Shown: one piece after another, positions 29,159 to 38,162 of the stretch
Numbering within the stretch: position 1 is the stretch's first letter
Layout of the letters: each line of letters begins with the position of its first letter
The notes under the pieces: model-generated
Databases searched by the model: none
What the model was told of the DNA's origin: nothing
Seen by the model: only the letters and a program-made list of their open reading frames with translations
Position numbers and translations under genes: made by a program
Assembly (NCBI GenBank): GCA_026413865.1
Contig: JAOAKB010000005.1
Coordinates: forward strand, 803-64,802
Direction: 5' to 3'
Source of the DNA: Nitrososphaeria archaeon
Lineage (GTDB): Archaea > Thermoproteota > Nitrososphaeria > JACIWG01
Length of the DNA stretch: 64,000 nucleotides

Positions 29159-29911
29159 TTAAAGGTGCTTGTCTAGGGTTTCCTCAAAGGGTTCAATGGT
29201 CAAGAGTTTGGAAATTCTATTCAGGTCAAGTTTTCTGAAAGTGTACCCCTTTTTCTCAAGCAACGATAATGCTGGCTTTGTAATTGATGGTGCACATAGT
29301 ATACCACGAAACTTTGTCGGCTGACTCCTTATGTATTTGTCAAGCTGTTTAACTGCATCAACTCCCGCAGTACGTCTTTTAACTTCAACAAAAACATAAT
29401 TTCCATTTCCATCTACGCCAGTAAAATCCACCACTCCTGCAGAAAGAGACTTCTGTTTAGAAGTCAGCCTTAAACCTTTTTCAATAAATTCTGGATGCTT
29501 GAATAGTATACTATAGAATTTTTCCTCAGAAGGTCCCATAAGAAACTTTGCATTATCAATCAGGCTTGTGGAGAAAACAATGTAAACTTTGTCAAAAACA
29601 GCCTTAAGAAACTCCTTAGGCCGTCTACGTTCAGAAAAAACGATCATCTTATCATCTTCAACTTCACACCTTATAATACAGCCGCTAGGCTGCCAGTTTA
29701 TAGGCTCGTAACCCTTACTCCTATGAACGAGGACAGAACCGTCACCCTTTATAATTAAAACTCTTTCACCTAAACCCAATGTGGAAGAGCTTCTTCCAAC
29801 ATATTCGACGCTAAAAAGTCCACAGCACAAAATAAATTTTTTTATTCTTAAGGAAGTATTGATAAATTCTGATGCACTATTAAGGGAAGGATAAAGTAAA
29901 GATTCTATCAT
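29159..29911 (-). CDS. nucS: Endonuclease NucS/EndoMS
   Basis: 250 aa. C-terminal RecB-like nuclease core with DFTGVD...FVFVEVKRR (D...E-x-K). Size and two-domain layout match NucS. Confidence 0.8.
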   Translation of the reverse strand: MIESLLYPSLNSASEFINTSLRIKKFILCCGLFSVEYVGRSSSTLGLGERVLIIKGDGSVLVHRSKGYEPINWQPSGCIIRCEVEDDKMIVFSERRRPKEFLKAVFDKVYIVFSTSLIDNAKFLMGPSEEKFYSILFKHPEFIEKGLRLTSKQKSLSAGVVDFTGVDGNGNYVFVEVKRRTAGVDAVKQLDKYIRSQPTKFRGILCAPSITKPALSLLEKKGYTFRKLDLNRISKLLTIEPFEETLDKHL

Positions 29912-29972
29912 CTAAAACTCAAACAATACTATAAGATAAAAATTTTAAACTAACATGGTTTAAAAATGGGAT

Positions 29973-30047
29973 GGGCTCGTGGCCAAGTATGGATAAGGCG
30001 TCAGCCTCCGGAGCTGGAGATCGTGGGTTCAAATCCCACCGAGCCCG
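29973..30047 (+). tRNA. tRNA-Arg (anticodon CCG)
   Basis: Hand-folded cloverleaf: acceptor GGGCTCG/CGAGCCC, anticodon arm TCAGC-CTCCGGA-GCTGG with CCG at 30008-30010, T arm GTGGG-TTCAAAT-CCCAC, 5-nt variable loop. 75 nt. CCA not fully encoded. Confidence 0.85.
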
Positions 30048-30114
30048 CCTAATTTTTCTTGTTTCTTACAACTTATGTTCGCTTAAGATTCTTATTTGAG
30101 GTATGAAGATCGTA

Positions 30115-30555
30115 TTAAGTTGGTGGTGCTGAAAACCAAGCATAAAGTGCCTCATACCAGAATATTATTGTAGAAATAACGAGAAGTGCTAGAAGCCAAT
30201 AGACTATTGGAACCATATAATATGCTTGAAATGATACTATTGCAAGATATGCTGTTAAAACTGTGAAAAAGACTGCATACATAACAAATCTTGGAACAAG
30301 CAATGTGCCAACACGTAAGAAGTCTCTTAACACATCAACCTTAACCTCACTCACAACCTCATATTCCCCATTATCCTCTTTAACTAGGCCAAGCTCCTTA
30401 AGCTTGTTCAAATGATAAAGGGCTAAAGAAGGGTTTGAAAACTTTAGGCTCCGTTGTACTTCCCTAACTCCAACCCTCCTATTCTTAAGAACATAAACGT
30501 AGACCCTTAAAGTATTTCCCTTAAGCTTTGCTCCAATATCATTCTTCATATACAT
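30115..30555 (-). CDS. Winged-helix (ArsR-like) domain fused to C-terminal TM helices
   Basis: N-terminus LRVYVYVLKNRRVGVREVQRSLKFSNPSLALYHLNKLKELGLV, then three hydrophobic helices. Confidence 0.55.
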   Translation of the reverse strand: MYMKNDIGAKLKGNTLRVYVYVLKNRRVGVREVQRSLKFSNPSLALYHLNKLKELGLVKEDNGEYEVVSEVKVDVLRDFLRVGTLLVPRFVMYAVFFTVLTAYLAIVSFQAYYMVPIVYWLLALLVISTIIFWYEALYAWFSAPPT

Positions 30556-30698
30556 TATCTTATAAAAATGGTCTTATATCTACTTTTCAAAAAATTGATG
30601 ATGTTCAATTTTTTGAATATTCTAAAAAATTTTTTAAACATACTGTTTAAAAATGCTCTATTATATTCTCCACATCCTATATTATTTGCCGATGGAAA

Positions 30699-31925
30699 AT
30701 GAGCAGTAAAAAAAATGTAATAATATCTGGCTTCATAGCGTTAGTAGCAGCCCTACTAATTATTGTAGCGAGCATGTTCGCAGGGATAGCTCCACATCAA
30801 ATTCAACCAACTTCTACACAATCATCTTCTACTATTATAACGTCCTCTACTATGCAGACGACTAGTATTACATCATCTATAACACAGCCTACATTATCCT
30901 CTACTACAACTCAAATTTCAACTACAACATCAACACACATTGGTAAAGGAATTCTAGCAATACTATTTACAGATCCTCCGAAGCTGGCTGAAGGTGTTAC
31001 TGCTGTTTACATAAACTATAGTAAAATTGGAGTACACTATTCTAAACCTAATGTTGGACAGGGTTGGGTGTGGACAAGGTCTGAAGGAACAAATCTTAAT
31101 CTTACAGCACTTGATGGTGTAGCTCAAGCTATAGAATCAATTGAAATTGAAACTGGTGCTTCTATTAATTTAATTAGATTTAACATAACAGGTGCAAAAG
31201 TAGAATATAATGATAGAAACTATACAGCATTTGTTCGTACTGGAAACCTTACTATAGTAATAATTGGAGGGCTTCAAGTTAATGATGGTGTAAACGCTCT
31301 GCTAGTTGATATAGAGCCTACAGTATTCAATATGGGTACAAAAGATGAACCACTCTTTGTATTAACTGCTGTAGCAAAAGGATATCCTGTTCCACAAGAA
31401 GGGCTAGAAGAAATACGTGATAAAATTCATATGCCGGGATTCAAGTTTGTTCTCAAGAATAGGATGTGGTGGCAGAGATTACGTCAAATGCATGCTTCTA
31501 GCATAGAAATAACTTCTGCTGAAGTGTCTTCTAAGCTTCTTAAGGTTAACGTCAAAAATACTGGTGGTAGTGATGTAATGTTAAGGCTCGTTATAGTTTT
31601 CCCAGTTTATGCTCGTACGGATGCAAAGAAATATCTTCCCTCATACTTTGAAGGTGCTGCAGTTTTTCTGATAAAGTCTGATAGAACACTAGAGCCACTA
31701 AAGTTAAGGTATAAGCAGAACATGGGTGAAGATGTTAAGAGCATGCTTATGATAAGCAGAGGATATAAACTTGAACAAGGCAAATCAGTAGAACTAAAGT
31801 ATGAAGATGAACTGATATTTGAGTATGGGCTACGTTTAAGGAGTACCACTACACCAACTGTAAGTGAATATCTTGTTACTGTAATAGGTGACGGTGTAGC
31901 TGATACCTATACTGTAAAAGTATAA
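30699..31925 (+). CDS. Membrane-anchored/secreted protein with Ser/Thr-rich stalk
   Basis: N-terminal TM/signal segment IISGFIALVAALLIIVASMFAG, ~50-aa S/T-rich low-complexity linker, then a ~320-aa beta-rich domain. Family not recognised. Confidence 0.5.
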   Translation: MSSKKNVIISGFIALVAALLIIVASMFAGIAPHQIQPTSTQSSSTIITSSTMQTTSITSSITQPTLSSTTTQISTTTSTHIGKGILAILFTDPPKLAEGVTAVYINYSKIGVHYSKPNVGQGWVWTRSEGTNLNLTALDGVAQAIESIEIETGASINLIRFNITGAKVEYNDRNYTAFVRTGNLTIVIIGGLQVNDGVNALLVDIEPTVFNMGTKDEPLFVLTAVAKGYPVPQEGLEEIRDKIHMPGFKFVLKNRMWWQRLRQMHASSIEITSAEVSSKLLKVNVKNTGGSDVMLRLVIVFPVYARTDAKKYLPSYFEGAAVFLIKSDRTLEPLKLRYKQNMGEDVKSMLMISRGYKLEQGKSVELKYEDELIFEYGLRLRSTTTPTVSEYLVTVIGDGVADTYTVKV

Positions 31926-31934
31926 ACCCCCAAC

Positions 31935-31942
31935 TTTTTTTT
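31935..31942 (+). terminator. Oligo-T tract (archaeal-type terminator candidate)
   Basis: T8 run 10 nt after the stop codon at 31923-31925. Confidence 0.3.
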
Positions 31943-31994
31943 AACAAATTTATGTTAAAAATATTTATATTGGCATAAATTTTTTACCTCGAAT

Positions 31995-32549
31995 ATGAGC
32001 TTATCTAAGGCTAGGGTTGACCCATTAACTGCTGTAGCATACATTGCTATAACTTCTGCTGTAACCGGTGTAGGCTTCCTTCTTACTGCCCCTATTCCTC
32101 TAATACCTGGTGCAATACACTGGAGGGTGCTTGCATTTCTACCATGTGTTTTTGGAATACTCTTTGGTCCAATCATAGGCTTTCTTTCTGGTGCTATTGG
32201 AAACACTCTTTGGGCTCTTTTAGGCGGCTACTTTAATCCAGCAACACCAATATTCGATTTTATTGGTGTGGGTTTGACAGGTCTTATTCCTGGGCTTTTT
32301 GTGAAGGCTGATGAATCTTTTTCCCCTAAGGGGCTTGTTAAGGCTACTATTGTCTCCTTTATTTCTGGTATTATTATGATTCCTGTTGTAGCTATTGGTT
32401 TTGATTGGGTCGGTGTTGCACCATTTCTTCCAGCATGCTATATGCTTGCTTTAAGTGACCTTCCACCGATACTTGTCGGCACTCCTCTTGTTATCAAGGC
32501 TGTCGCTCCTTCTCTGGTAAGAAGAGGTTTGCTTAAGTGGAGGCTATGA
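31995..32549 (+). CDS. ECF transporter substrate-specific (S) component candidate
   Basis: 184-aa polytopic, Gly-rich membrane protein directly upstream of and overlapping the ECF ATPase gene. Confidence 0.55.
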   Translation: MSLSKARVDPLTAVAYIAITSAVTGVGFLLTAPIPLIPGAIHWRVLAFLPCVFGILFGPIIGFLSGAIGNTLWALLGGYFNPATPIFDFIGVGLTGLIPGLFVKADESFSPKGLVKATIVSFISGIIMIPVVAIGFDWVGVAPFLPACYMLALSDLPPILVGTPLVIKAVAPSLVRRGLLKWRL

Positions 32550-34021
32550 ACGCTTTAAAAGTCCAAGAGCTTGGCTGTAAATATAATGGGCATAAGCCGG
32601 TTTTATCCGGCGCATCCTTTTTTTTGAAGGAAGGTGAGGCTGTAGGGGTTATAGGGTCTAGTGGTTCTGGTAAGACTACTTTAGCCTACTGTCTTATGGG
32701 AATTATTCCTAATAGGATTGAGGCTGAAGTTTGGGGTAAAGTTTACTTTAACAATGAAAATGTGTTGGGAAAGAATGTTAGGGATATTGTTCGTTTTATG
32801 AATTTGATTATGCAAAATTATGAAAGCCAAATTTTCGGGCTCACGGTTGAAGAAGATATTAGGTTTGGTTTAGAAAATCTTGGTCTGGACGAAAATGAAA
32901 TTAGTTTAAGGGTTAATTGGGCTCTTAAAAACTTTGGTCTCGAATACTATAGAAACTTTCAGCCTTCAAAACTTTCTGGAGGGTTAAAACAGAGGCTTGC
33001 TATCGCTTCTACAACTGTTATGGGTTCAAACTTTCTTATAATGGACGATCCTACATCAAATCTTGATTGGAATGGTATAATATGTTTGAGGCACACTATA
33101 TCCTATCTAAAGAGTATTGGTAAAGGTGTTCTTATTCTCTCTAGAAAGCTTAAGGGTCTCGAAGAATGTTTGGATAGAATATATTATCTTGATGGCCAAA
33201 TGTTTCAACTTTCTAATAATCATGGGCCCACTCATGAAACGTGTGTAAAAAATTTTGTTAAAAACAATGATAATGTTAATGTTAAAGAAAATGGTTCTTC
33301 TATTAAAATTGAAGACCTATGGTTTAAGTACGAAAAAAATTATGTTCTCAAAAATGTTAACCTTGAAATTCCATGTAATAGCATCGTATCTGTAATGGGT
33401 CCAAATGGTTCCGGTAAGACCACATTGGTTAAACATTTTAATGGTCTCTTGAAGCCTTCTAAAGGTAACGTCTTTGTAGATGGAAAGAATACTAGAAACT
33501 ATAGTCCTGCACAGCTTGCAAAATATGTAGGCTTTGTTTTCCAGGATCCTGATAGGCATATTGTTTCAGAAACTGTCTGGGATGAGGTTACGTTCGCGTG
33601 TAAGAATCTTGGTCTTCCTCTAGATAATGCCAAAAATGCTTTGAAGCTTTTAAATTTGGATGATTTAAGGGACCGGCCACCATATCTTCTGAGCATGGGT
33701 GAAAAGGTGCGTTTGATGATTGCTTCAGCTTTAGCTGCTGATCCTAAGATTCTTGTGCTGGATGAGCCTACTACTGGACAGGATAGTAGAACTTTAGGGT
33801 TGATTAAGGACGCTATCTTTAGAATGAGGTGTGATGGAAAAAGTGTTATTATCGTAACCCATGACACGGACTTTGCCTTAAAGGTTAGCGATTCAGTTAT
33901 CATAGTTAAGGACGGTTCTATAGTAGAATTTTCTCCCGTAAAAAATGTTCTCTTAAACGATAAGAAGATTGAATTGTATGAGTTAGAGCCTCCAACATTA
34001 ATTGAGGAGAGGGTGAATTGA
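32537..34021 (+). CDS. ECF transporter fused double ATPase (EcfA1-EcfA2)
   Basis: Two ABC cassettes: Walker A GSSGSGKTT and GPNGSGKTT, signatures LSGGLKQR and LSMGEKVR. Confidence 0.85.
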   Translation: MEAMNALKVQELGCKYNGHKPVLSGASFFLKEGEAVGVIGSSGSGKTTLAYCLMGIIPNRIEAEVWGKVYFNNENVLGKNVRDIVRFMNLIMQNYESQIFGLTVEEDIRFGLENLGLDENEISLRVNWALKNFGLEYYRNFQPSKLSGGLKQRLAIASTTVMGSNFLIMDDPTSNLDWNGIICLRHTISYLKSIGKGVLILSRKLKGLEECLDRIYYLDGQMFQLSNNHGPTHETCVKNFVKNNDNVNVKENGSSIKIEDLWFKYEKNYVLKNVNLEIPCNSIVSVMGPNGSGKTTLVKHFNGLLKPSKGNVFVDGKNTRNYSPAQLAKYVGFVFQDPDRHIVSETVWDEVTFACKNLGLPLDNAKNALKLLNLDDLRDRPPYLLSMGEKVRLMIASALAADPKILVLDEPTTGQDSRTLGLIKDAIFRMRCDGKSVIIVTHDTDFALKVSDSVIIVKDGSIVEFSPVKNVLLNDKKIELYELEPPTLIEERVN

Positions 34022-34022
34022 T

Positions 34023-34727
34023 TTGAAGTTTGATCCAAGAACAAAGATCATATTCTTTACTTCTGCTTTCACGTTAGCTTTCCTTTTTACTGAAATTATA
34101 GAGCTTATAATATTGGCTTCTATCACATTAGTTCTGTCATTTTTCTCTGTTGAAAGGAATAAGATTTTTGGAAGGCTTAAGATTATGGCTCCCGTTTTCC
34201 TTGTAGCATTTGTTCTCTGGACTTTCTTGAACCAGTACTCTCTATTTCACGTTTATGATGGTGTAAATGTTATGACTGGCGTATTTATGACCTTAAGACT
34301 ATTTCTTATTGTAGTTCTTTCTTTAGCTTTTGTTTCTTTTGTAACGCCTGTTGAATTGGTTAATGCTCTTGCATCTTTTAGGCTTCCATACAAGCTTGTC
34401 TTCACTTTAGGCCTGTCTTTGAGGCATATTAGTACGGTATCTGATGAATATATTGCTATTAAGGAGGGTCAGACTTCTAGAGGTTTAGAGCTTGATAAGG
34501 GTTTTTTGGTTAGAAGGATTAAGAACTATAATAGTGTTGTAATGCCTTTACTTATAAGAAGTATTGAGAATGCTGAAAAGCTTGTTCTTGCTATGGAGTT
34601 AAAGTCCTTTTCTTTGAATGGTAGGCGTAGGTATTCTGTTGGAAAACTTAATAGTTTAGATTATGTTGTAATATTTTCCATGATCGCTGTAGTGTTTATT
34701 TTCTTGCTCAGAAACTTTTTGTGGTGA
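34023..34727 (+). CDS. ecfT: ECF transporter transmembrane component (EcfT/CbiQ family)
   Basis: 234 aa, 5-6 TM helices, SRGLEL coupling-helix-like motif. Follows the ATPase with a 1-nt gap. Confidence 0.75.
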   Translation: MKFDPRTKIIFFTSAFTLAFLFTEIIELIILASITLVLSFFSVERNKIFGRLKIMAPVFLVAFVLWTFLNQYSLFHVYDGVNVMTGVFMTLRLFLIVVLSLAFVSFVTPVELVNALASFRLPYKLVFTLGLSLRHISTVSDEYIAIKEGQTSRGLELDKGFLVRRIKNYNSVVMPLLIRSIENAEKLVLAMELKSFSLNGRRRYSVGKLNSLDYVVIFSMIAVVFIFLLRNFLW

Positions 34728-34728
34728 A

Positions 34729-35334
34729 ATGATTATGGAGAATGTCATCATATTTTCCGGTCAAAAATGTTATGAAATTGAATTTGATGGTTTAAAGAGA
34801 TGTTTGCCTGTTGTTGAAGTTGATGATGGTGTTTGGATTGCCTCTAATGCTTCACTTGTGCTTGGTGATGTTGAATTCATTTCTAAGGCTGCAGAGCTCT
34901 TGTGTGCGCGTATTGTATCATTTGGTCCGGAAGTTTTGGTTACGGCTGAAGCAAAATCTATTGCCTTAGCATTTGAGGTTGCTAGGAGGCTTGGTTTGAA
35001 AAGGTATGTTATTGCGAGGAAAAATCCTAAAGCATACATGGGTAAATATATTATTGAATCCGTTAAATCTATAACAACAAAGGAAAAGCAGTCACTTATA
35101 TTAACTGAAGAAGATGTTATAAATATTAGTGGTAAGAGGGTCTGTGTTCTGGATGATGTTATCTCAACAGGAGGTACAATTGATGCTCTTGTAAAACTTG
35201 TTGAAAAGGCTGGTGGAAAAATTGTATGTAAGGCTGCTGTCTGGCGTGAAGGTCCATGGTATAATGCTAAGGAAATAGTTTACTTAAGAGACCTTCCAAT
35301 ATTTGTTGACACTCTTGATAGAATTAGAATTTGA
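34729..35334 (+). CDS. Phosphoribosyltransferase (adenine/purine PRTase-like)
   Basis: PRPP-binding motif VCVLDDVISTGGT. Confidence 0.7.
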   Translation: MIMENVIIFSGQKCYEIEFDGLKRCLPVVEVDDGVWIASNASLVLGDVEFISKAAELLCARIVSFGPEVLVTAEAKSIALAFEVARRLGLKRYVIARKNPKAYMGKYIIESVKSITTKEKQSLILTEEDVINISGKRVCVLDDVISTGGTIDALVKLVEKAGGKIVCKAAVWREGPWYNAKEIVYLRDLPIFVDTLDRIRI

Positions 35335-35336
35335 AT

Positions 35337-36515
35337 CTAGGTAACTATTTGAGGAAGCTTTCCTTTTACTGAAGCATAATATATTTCTAGCATAGAAAAG
35401 TCTAGAACAGACTCGAAAGCATGCAATCCTATTCCAAGCTGCTTTAGCATGCTAAAATATTTTAGATACAGTCTTCTCATTTCAGGAGAAGTGGGTCCAA
35501 CACATGGTGAGCCAGGTATTCTTGGACTCACATCGAAGACAAAAAATTCTAGTTTCTTTCCTTCTGGGTCCCCTGGGTCATATGCTATTGCACCCTGTAG
35601 TGCAAATGGGCCTATTAGGCCTGGAGGATATTCTTCACAACATACCTTCAGAAACTTTTCAGCAGCCCTATAAACTAGAGGCTTCTGTGACTCTCTCATT
35701 GTTAAGCCATAATGTCCTATTTCCTCATTTTTTACCGGAACATCAAGTTCAAGCTGTTCTCTTGCTGTAAGATTCAGTATTCCTGAAAGATTAACCTGCC
35801 TTCTATCATCGAAGCCTAGAAAATCAAATTCATCAAAAACATCATTTAAAGCCCATGCGTGAAAGTTTGCATTATATCTTGGCCCAAGAACAAACTCTTC
35901 TATAACCGCATTTTTTAAATCTTCTAAACTTATAACATTCTTCTTAGCCAAATCTTCAGCCTTACTCCAATATTCTTCAGCATTCTTTGCTGTAAAGAAT
36001 GCACGTTCTAAAGGTTTAGCCTTTTGAGCGACCTTTACAATAACGAGCCTATCAATCTTTTCCGGAGAATCAAACCTCTTAGGCGTCCTAACACCAGCCT
36101 TCTCAAGAAGCCAGTACTGGTTTCTTTCAAGCTTTCTTTCTTCAGTCTTTAGCATAAACCTGTTCCCATACATTGGAACCAAAAACTTTTCTTCAAGATT
36201 CTTGTAGCCAACATATACTGTTAAGGAACGGTTTGGTAAAAATATCGTATTAAGGTTCCTAAGCTTTTCCTGCACACTTTCATCAACTATATTAGAAAAC
36301 TTTTCTAAAACTATAGCATGATCAAACAAGTGCCTATTATATAATGTATACAATTCTTCCCTACCCTTTTCACATACCACAACAGTTTTGAATCCAAAGG
36401 CTTTTGCGGCTGAACCAACTTCTTCAGCCGAATGTGAACCAATAACTCCTATGGTAACATTTTTTTGATCATATTTTTGAACAACTTCTTTAACTTCTTT
36501 TTTGGAAACGGGCAT
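35337..36515 (-). CDS. purP: 5-formaminoimidazole-4-carboxamide ribonucleotide (FAICAR) synthetase PurP
   Basis: 392 aa. N-terminal IGVIGSHSAEEV and an ATP-grasp layout typical of archaeal PurP. Confidence 0.8.
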   Translation of the reverse strand: MPVSKKEVKEVVQKYDQKNVTIGVIGSHSAEEVGSAAKAFGFKTVVVCEKGREELYTLYNRHLFDHAIVLEKFSNIVDESVQEKLRNLNTIFLPNRSLTVYVGYKNLEEKFLVPMYGNRFMLKTEERKLERNQYWLLEKAGVRTPKRFDSPEKIDRLVIVKVAQKAKPLERAFFTAKNAEEYWSKAEDLAKKNVISLEDLKNAVIEEFVLGPRYNANFHAWALNDVFDEFDFLGFDDRRQVNLSGILNLTAREQLELDVPVKNEEIGHYGLTMRESQKPLVYRAAEKFLKVCCEEYPPGLIGPFALQGAIAYDPGDPEGKKLEFFVFDVSPRIPGSPCVGPTSPEMRRLYLKYFSMLKQLGIGLHAFESVLDFSMLEIYYASVKGKLPQIVT

Positions 36516-36599
36516 CCTCGTTCAAAAACCCATTGGCAACATTGGCAATTAAATTTAACTGAAAAAATTTTTAAAAATTTTTAAAAAATTTTATTACCG

Positions 36600-36613
36600 T
36601 TAAGTATATAAAA
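36600..36613 (+). promoter_or_regulatory. TATA-box candidate for the 36632 gene
   Basis: TTAAGTATATAAAAGG lies ~22-30 nt upstream of the TTG/ATG at 36632/36635, consistent with a leaderless archaeal transcript. Confidence 0.3.
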
Positions 36614-36631
36614 GGCTTTTCAAATAAGATA

Positions 36632-37672
36632 TTGATGCAAAATTTAGAAAACAAAAAAATTTTATCACATCTATTAATTACAATTATGTTGTCCTTAATA
36701 ATATTAAATTCACCCACCTTCGCACTATATAATATAATATCACCACAGGCTACAATAACTCTTCCTACCACAATCTTTCCAACAGTAACATTCACATTTC
36801 TTCCAACCTATAGTCTATCTGTTACACCATCAAATGTTACCATAGATCAGGGTGAACAACTTCCAGTTACTGTTACAGTAGGCTCCTATTTTGGATACAA
36901 TAAGACAATATCACTCTATTCTTCAAATGTTCCACCTGGTTTCACAATCAACTTTGCCCTAAACAAACTTACTCCACCAGTAAACGGTAACATAAGTACA
37001 ACAGCATTTATTTCAGTCTCAAAAACTGTTGTAGCTGGAAAATATAAAATGTTCATTAATGCAACAGATGGGTCTATAAAGAGGGGTGTAGAAATTAATG
37101 TGAAAGTGGTTCAAATTACAACCACCCCTCCTACAACAACTCCAACCACCTCTCCTACATCTACTTCACCTACAACGACATCCACTACTCCAACCACCAC
37201 TTCTCCGACAACCACATCACCAACTCCTACTACAACACCTACAACTACATCGCCCACAACTTCAACTACTACACCATCTACCCCCTCTCCAACTACTTCA
37301 CCAACAACAGTCACCACCTCCCAGCCAACTACTACAACATCTGCTGTTTCATCTGGTGGAATAGACACCACAACAATCGTAATTATAGCAATAATACTAA
37401 TAGCAGTATTTGCTGCAATAGCATTCTTTCTTTTAAGAAAGAAGCCTCCACCACCTCCTCCTCCGGCAAAGAGATATTGTATGCACTGTGGAAGCGGCAT
37501 GCCTGATGATGCAGTATCCTGTCCAAAGTGTGGAAAACAGCCTGCAGGCGGCCCAGACACTAAAGTATGTCCAAACTGTGGTTCAGTAATAAACATAGTC
37601 GCATCATTCTGTCCAAAATGTGGTGCAGCACAGCCTAAGGTGGGAGAGAAAGGTGGGTCAACCAGCAGCTAA
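36632..37672 (+). CDS. Type-I-like membrane protein: signal peptide, Ig-like ectodomain, Thr/Pro stalk, TM helix, poly-Pro, cytoplasmic double zinc ribbon
   Basis: N-terminal hydrophobic segment, TM helix TTIVIIAIILIAVFAAIAFFLL, then RKKPPPPPPPAKR, then CMHCG..CPKCG and CPNCG..CPKCG. Confidence 0.6.
   Translation: MMQNLENKKILSHLLITIMLSLIILNSPTFALYNIISPQATITLPTTIFPTVTFTFLPTYSLSVTPSNVTIDQGEQLPVTVTVGSYFGYNKTISLYSSNVPPGFTINFALNKLTPPVNGNISTTAFISVSKTVVAGKYKMFINATDGSIKRGVEINVKVVQITTTPPTTTPTTSPTSTSPTTTSTTPTTTSPTTTSPTPTTTPTTTSPTTSTTTPSTPSPTTSPTTVTTSQPTTTTSAVSSGGIDTTTIVIIAIILIAVFAAIAFFLLRKKPPPPPPPAKRYCMHCGSGMPDDAVSCPKCGKQPAGGPDTKVCPNCGSVINIVASFCPKCGAAQPKVGEKGGSTSS
37114..37342 (+). repeat. Thr/Pro-rich low-complexity coding repeat (TTSPTTT-like units)
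   Basis: Directly visible ACN/CCN-rich repeats encoding TTTPPTTTPTTSPTSTSPTTTSTTPTTTSPTTTSPTPTTTPTTTSPTTS... Confidence 0.85.
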
Positions 37673-38162
37673 ACAAGGTGACAAAATAGTAGCCCAAGAC
37701 ATTCATATTGTCATGGTACCCTCCCCAACTGGACTTGTTCCAACACCTACCCCTCTACCATTTAATGGCATAATAGACGGTAACTTGAGTAATGATGTGT
37801 TTATAGAGGGGAAGCCTGCTGCAACCGTCGGAAGCACTGCAACAAACACTCCACCACATACTCCAGTTGGTGGTGTATCATTTCAGGTTCCTCCAAAAAA
37901 TAGGGGTACAATTCTTGTTGGAAGTATGGGTGTTTTTATAAACGGTAAACCTGCTGCAAGAAACGGTGACACTGCAATAACATGCAATGATCCAGTCGAT
38001 CTTCCTGTAGGCAAGGTTGTCGCTGTTGGAAAGGTTTTTATTGGAGACATGGGTGTTCCAATACCTAAACCTACTACACCTGAAGAAGGGAAGGAGAAAG
38101 GGCTTGAAAAGCCTAAGGTTGAGGACTATAGACTTTTAACCCGTCCTAGAATTGAGGCTTAG
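37653..38162 (+). CDS. PAAR-domain protein (spike-tip cone)
   Basis: Three PAAR-type repeats: GQPAAKQGD, GKPAATVGS, GKPAARNGD. GTG at 37653 is preceded by GGAGAGAAAGG. Overlaps the upstream gene by 20 nt (53 nt if the 37620 start is used). Confidence 0.75.
   Translation: MGQPAAKQGDKIVAQDIHIVMVPSPTGLVPTPTPLPFNGIIDGNLSNDVFIEGKPAATVGSTATNTPPHTPVGGVSFQVPPKNRGTILVGSMGVFINGKPAARNGDTAITCNDPVDLPVGKVVAVGKVFIGDMGVPIPKPTTPEEGKEKGLEKPKVEDYRLLTRPRIEA

Noticed and set aside
33499-34044. 181-aa minus-strand ORF opposite the ECF ATPase gene
   Set aside because: It is antisense to a gene with two complete ABC cassettes and has no motif of its own.
36561-36590. AT-palindromic TTTTAAAAAATTTT-type motif on both flanks of the island (also ~52893-52930), considered as att sites
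   Set aside because: The same low-complexity motif recurs in many unrelated intergenic regions (e.g. ~495, ~24875, ~28425, ~30630). It is most simply generic AT-rich promoter/terminator sequence.
37111-37596. 161-aa minus-strand ORF rich in V/G (VVGVVVG...)
   Set aside because: It is the reverse-complement shadow of the Thr/Pro-rich (ACN/CCN) repeat of the plus-strand membrane protein, and is a low-complexity artefact.
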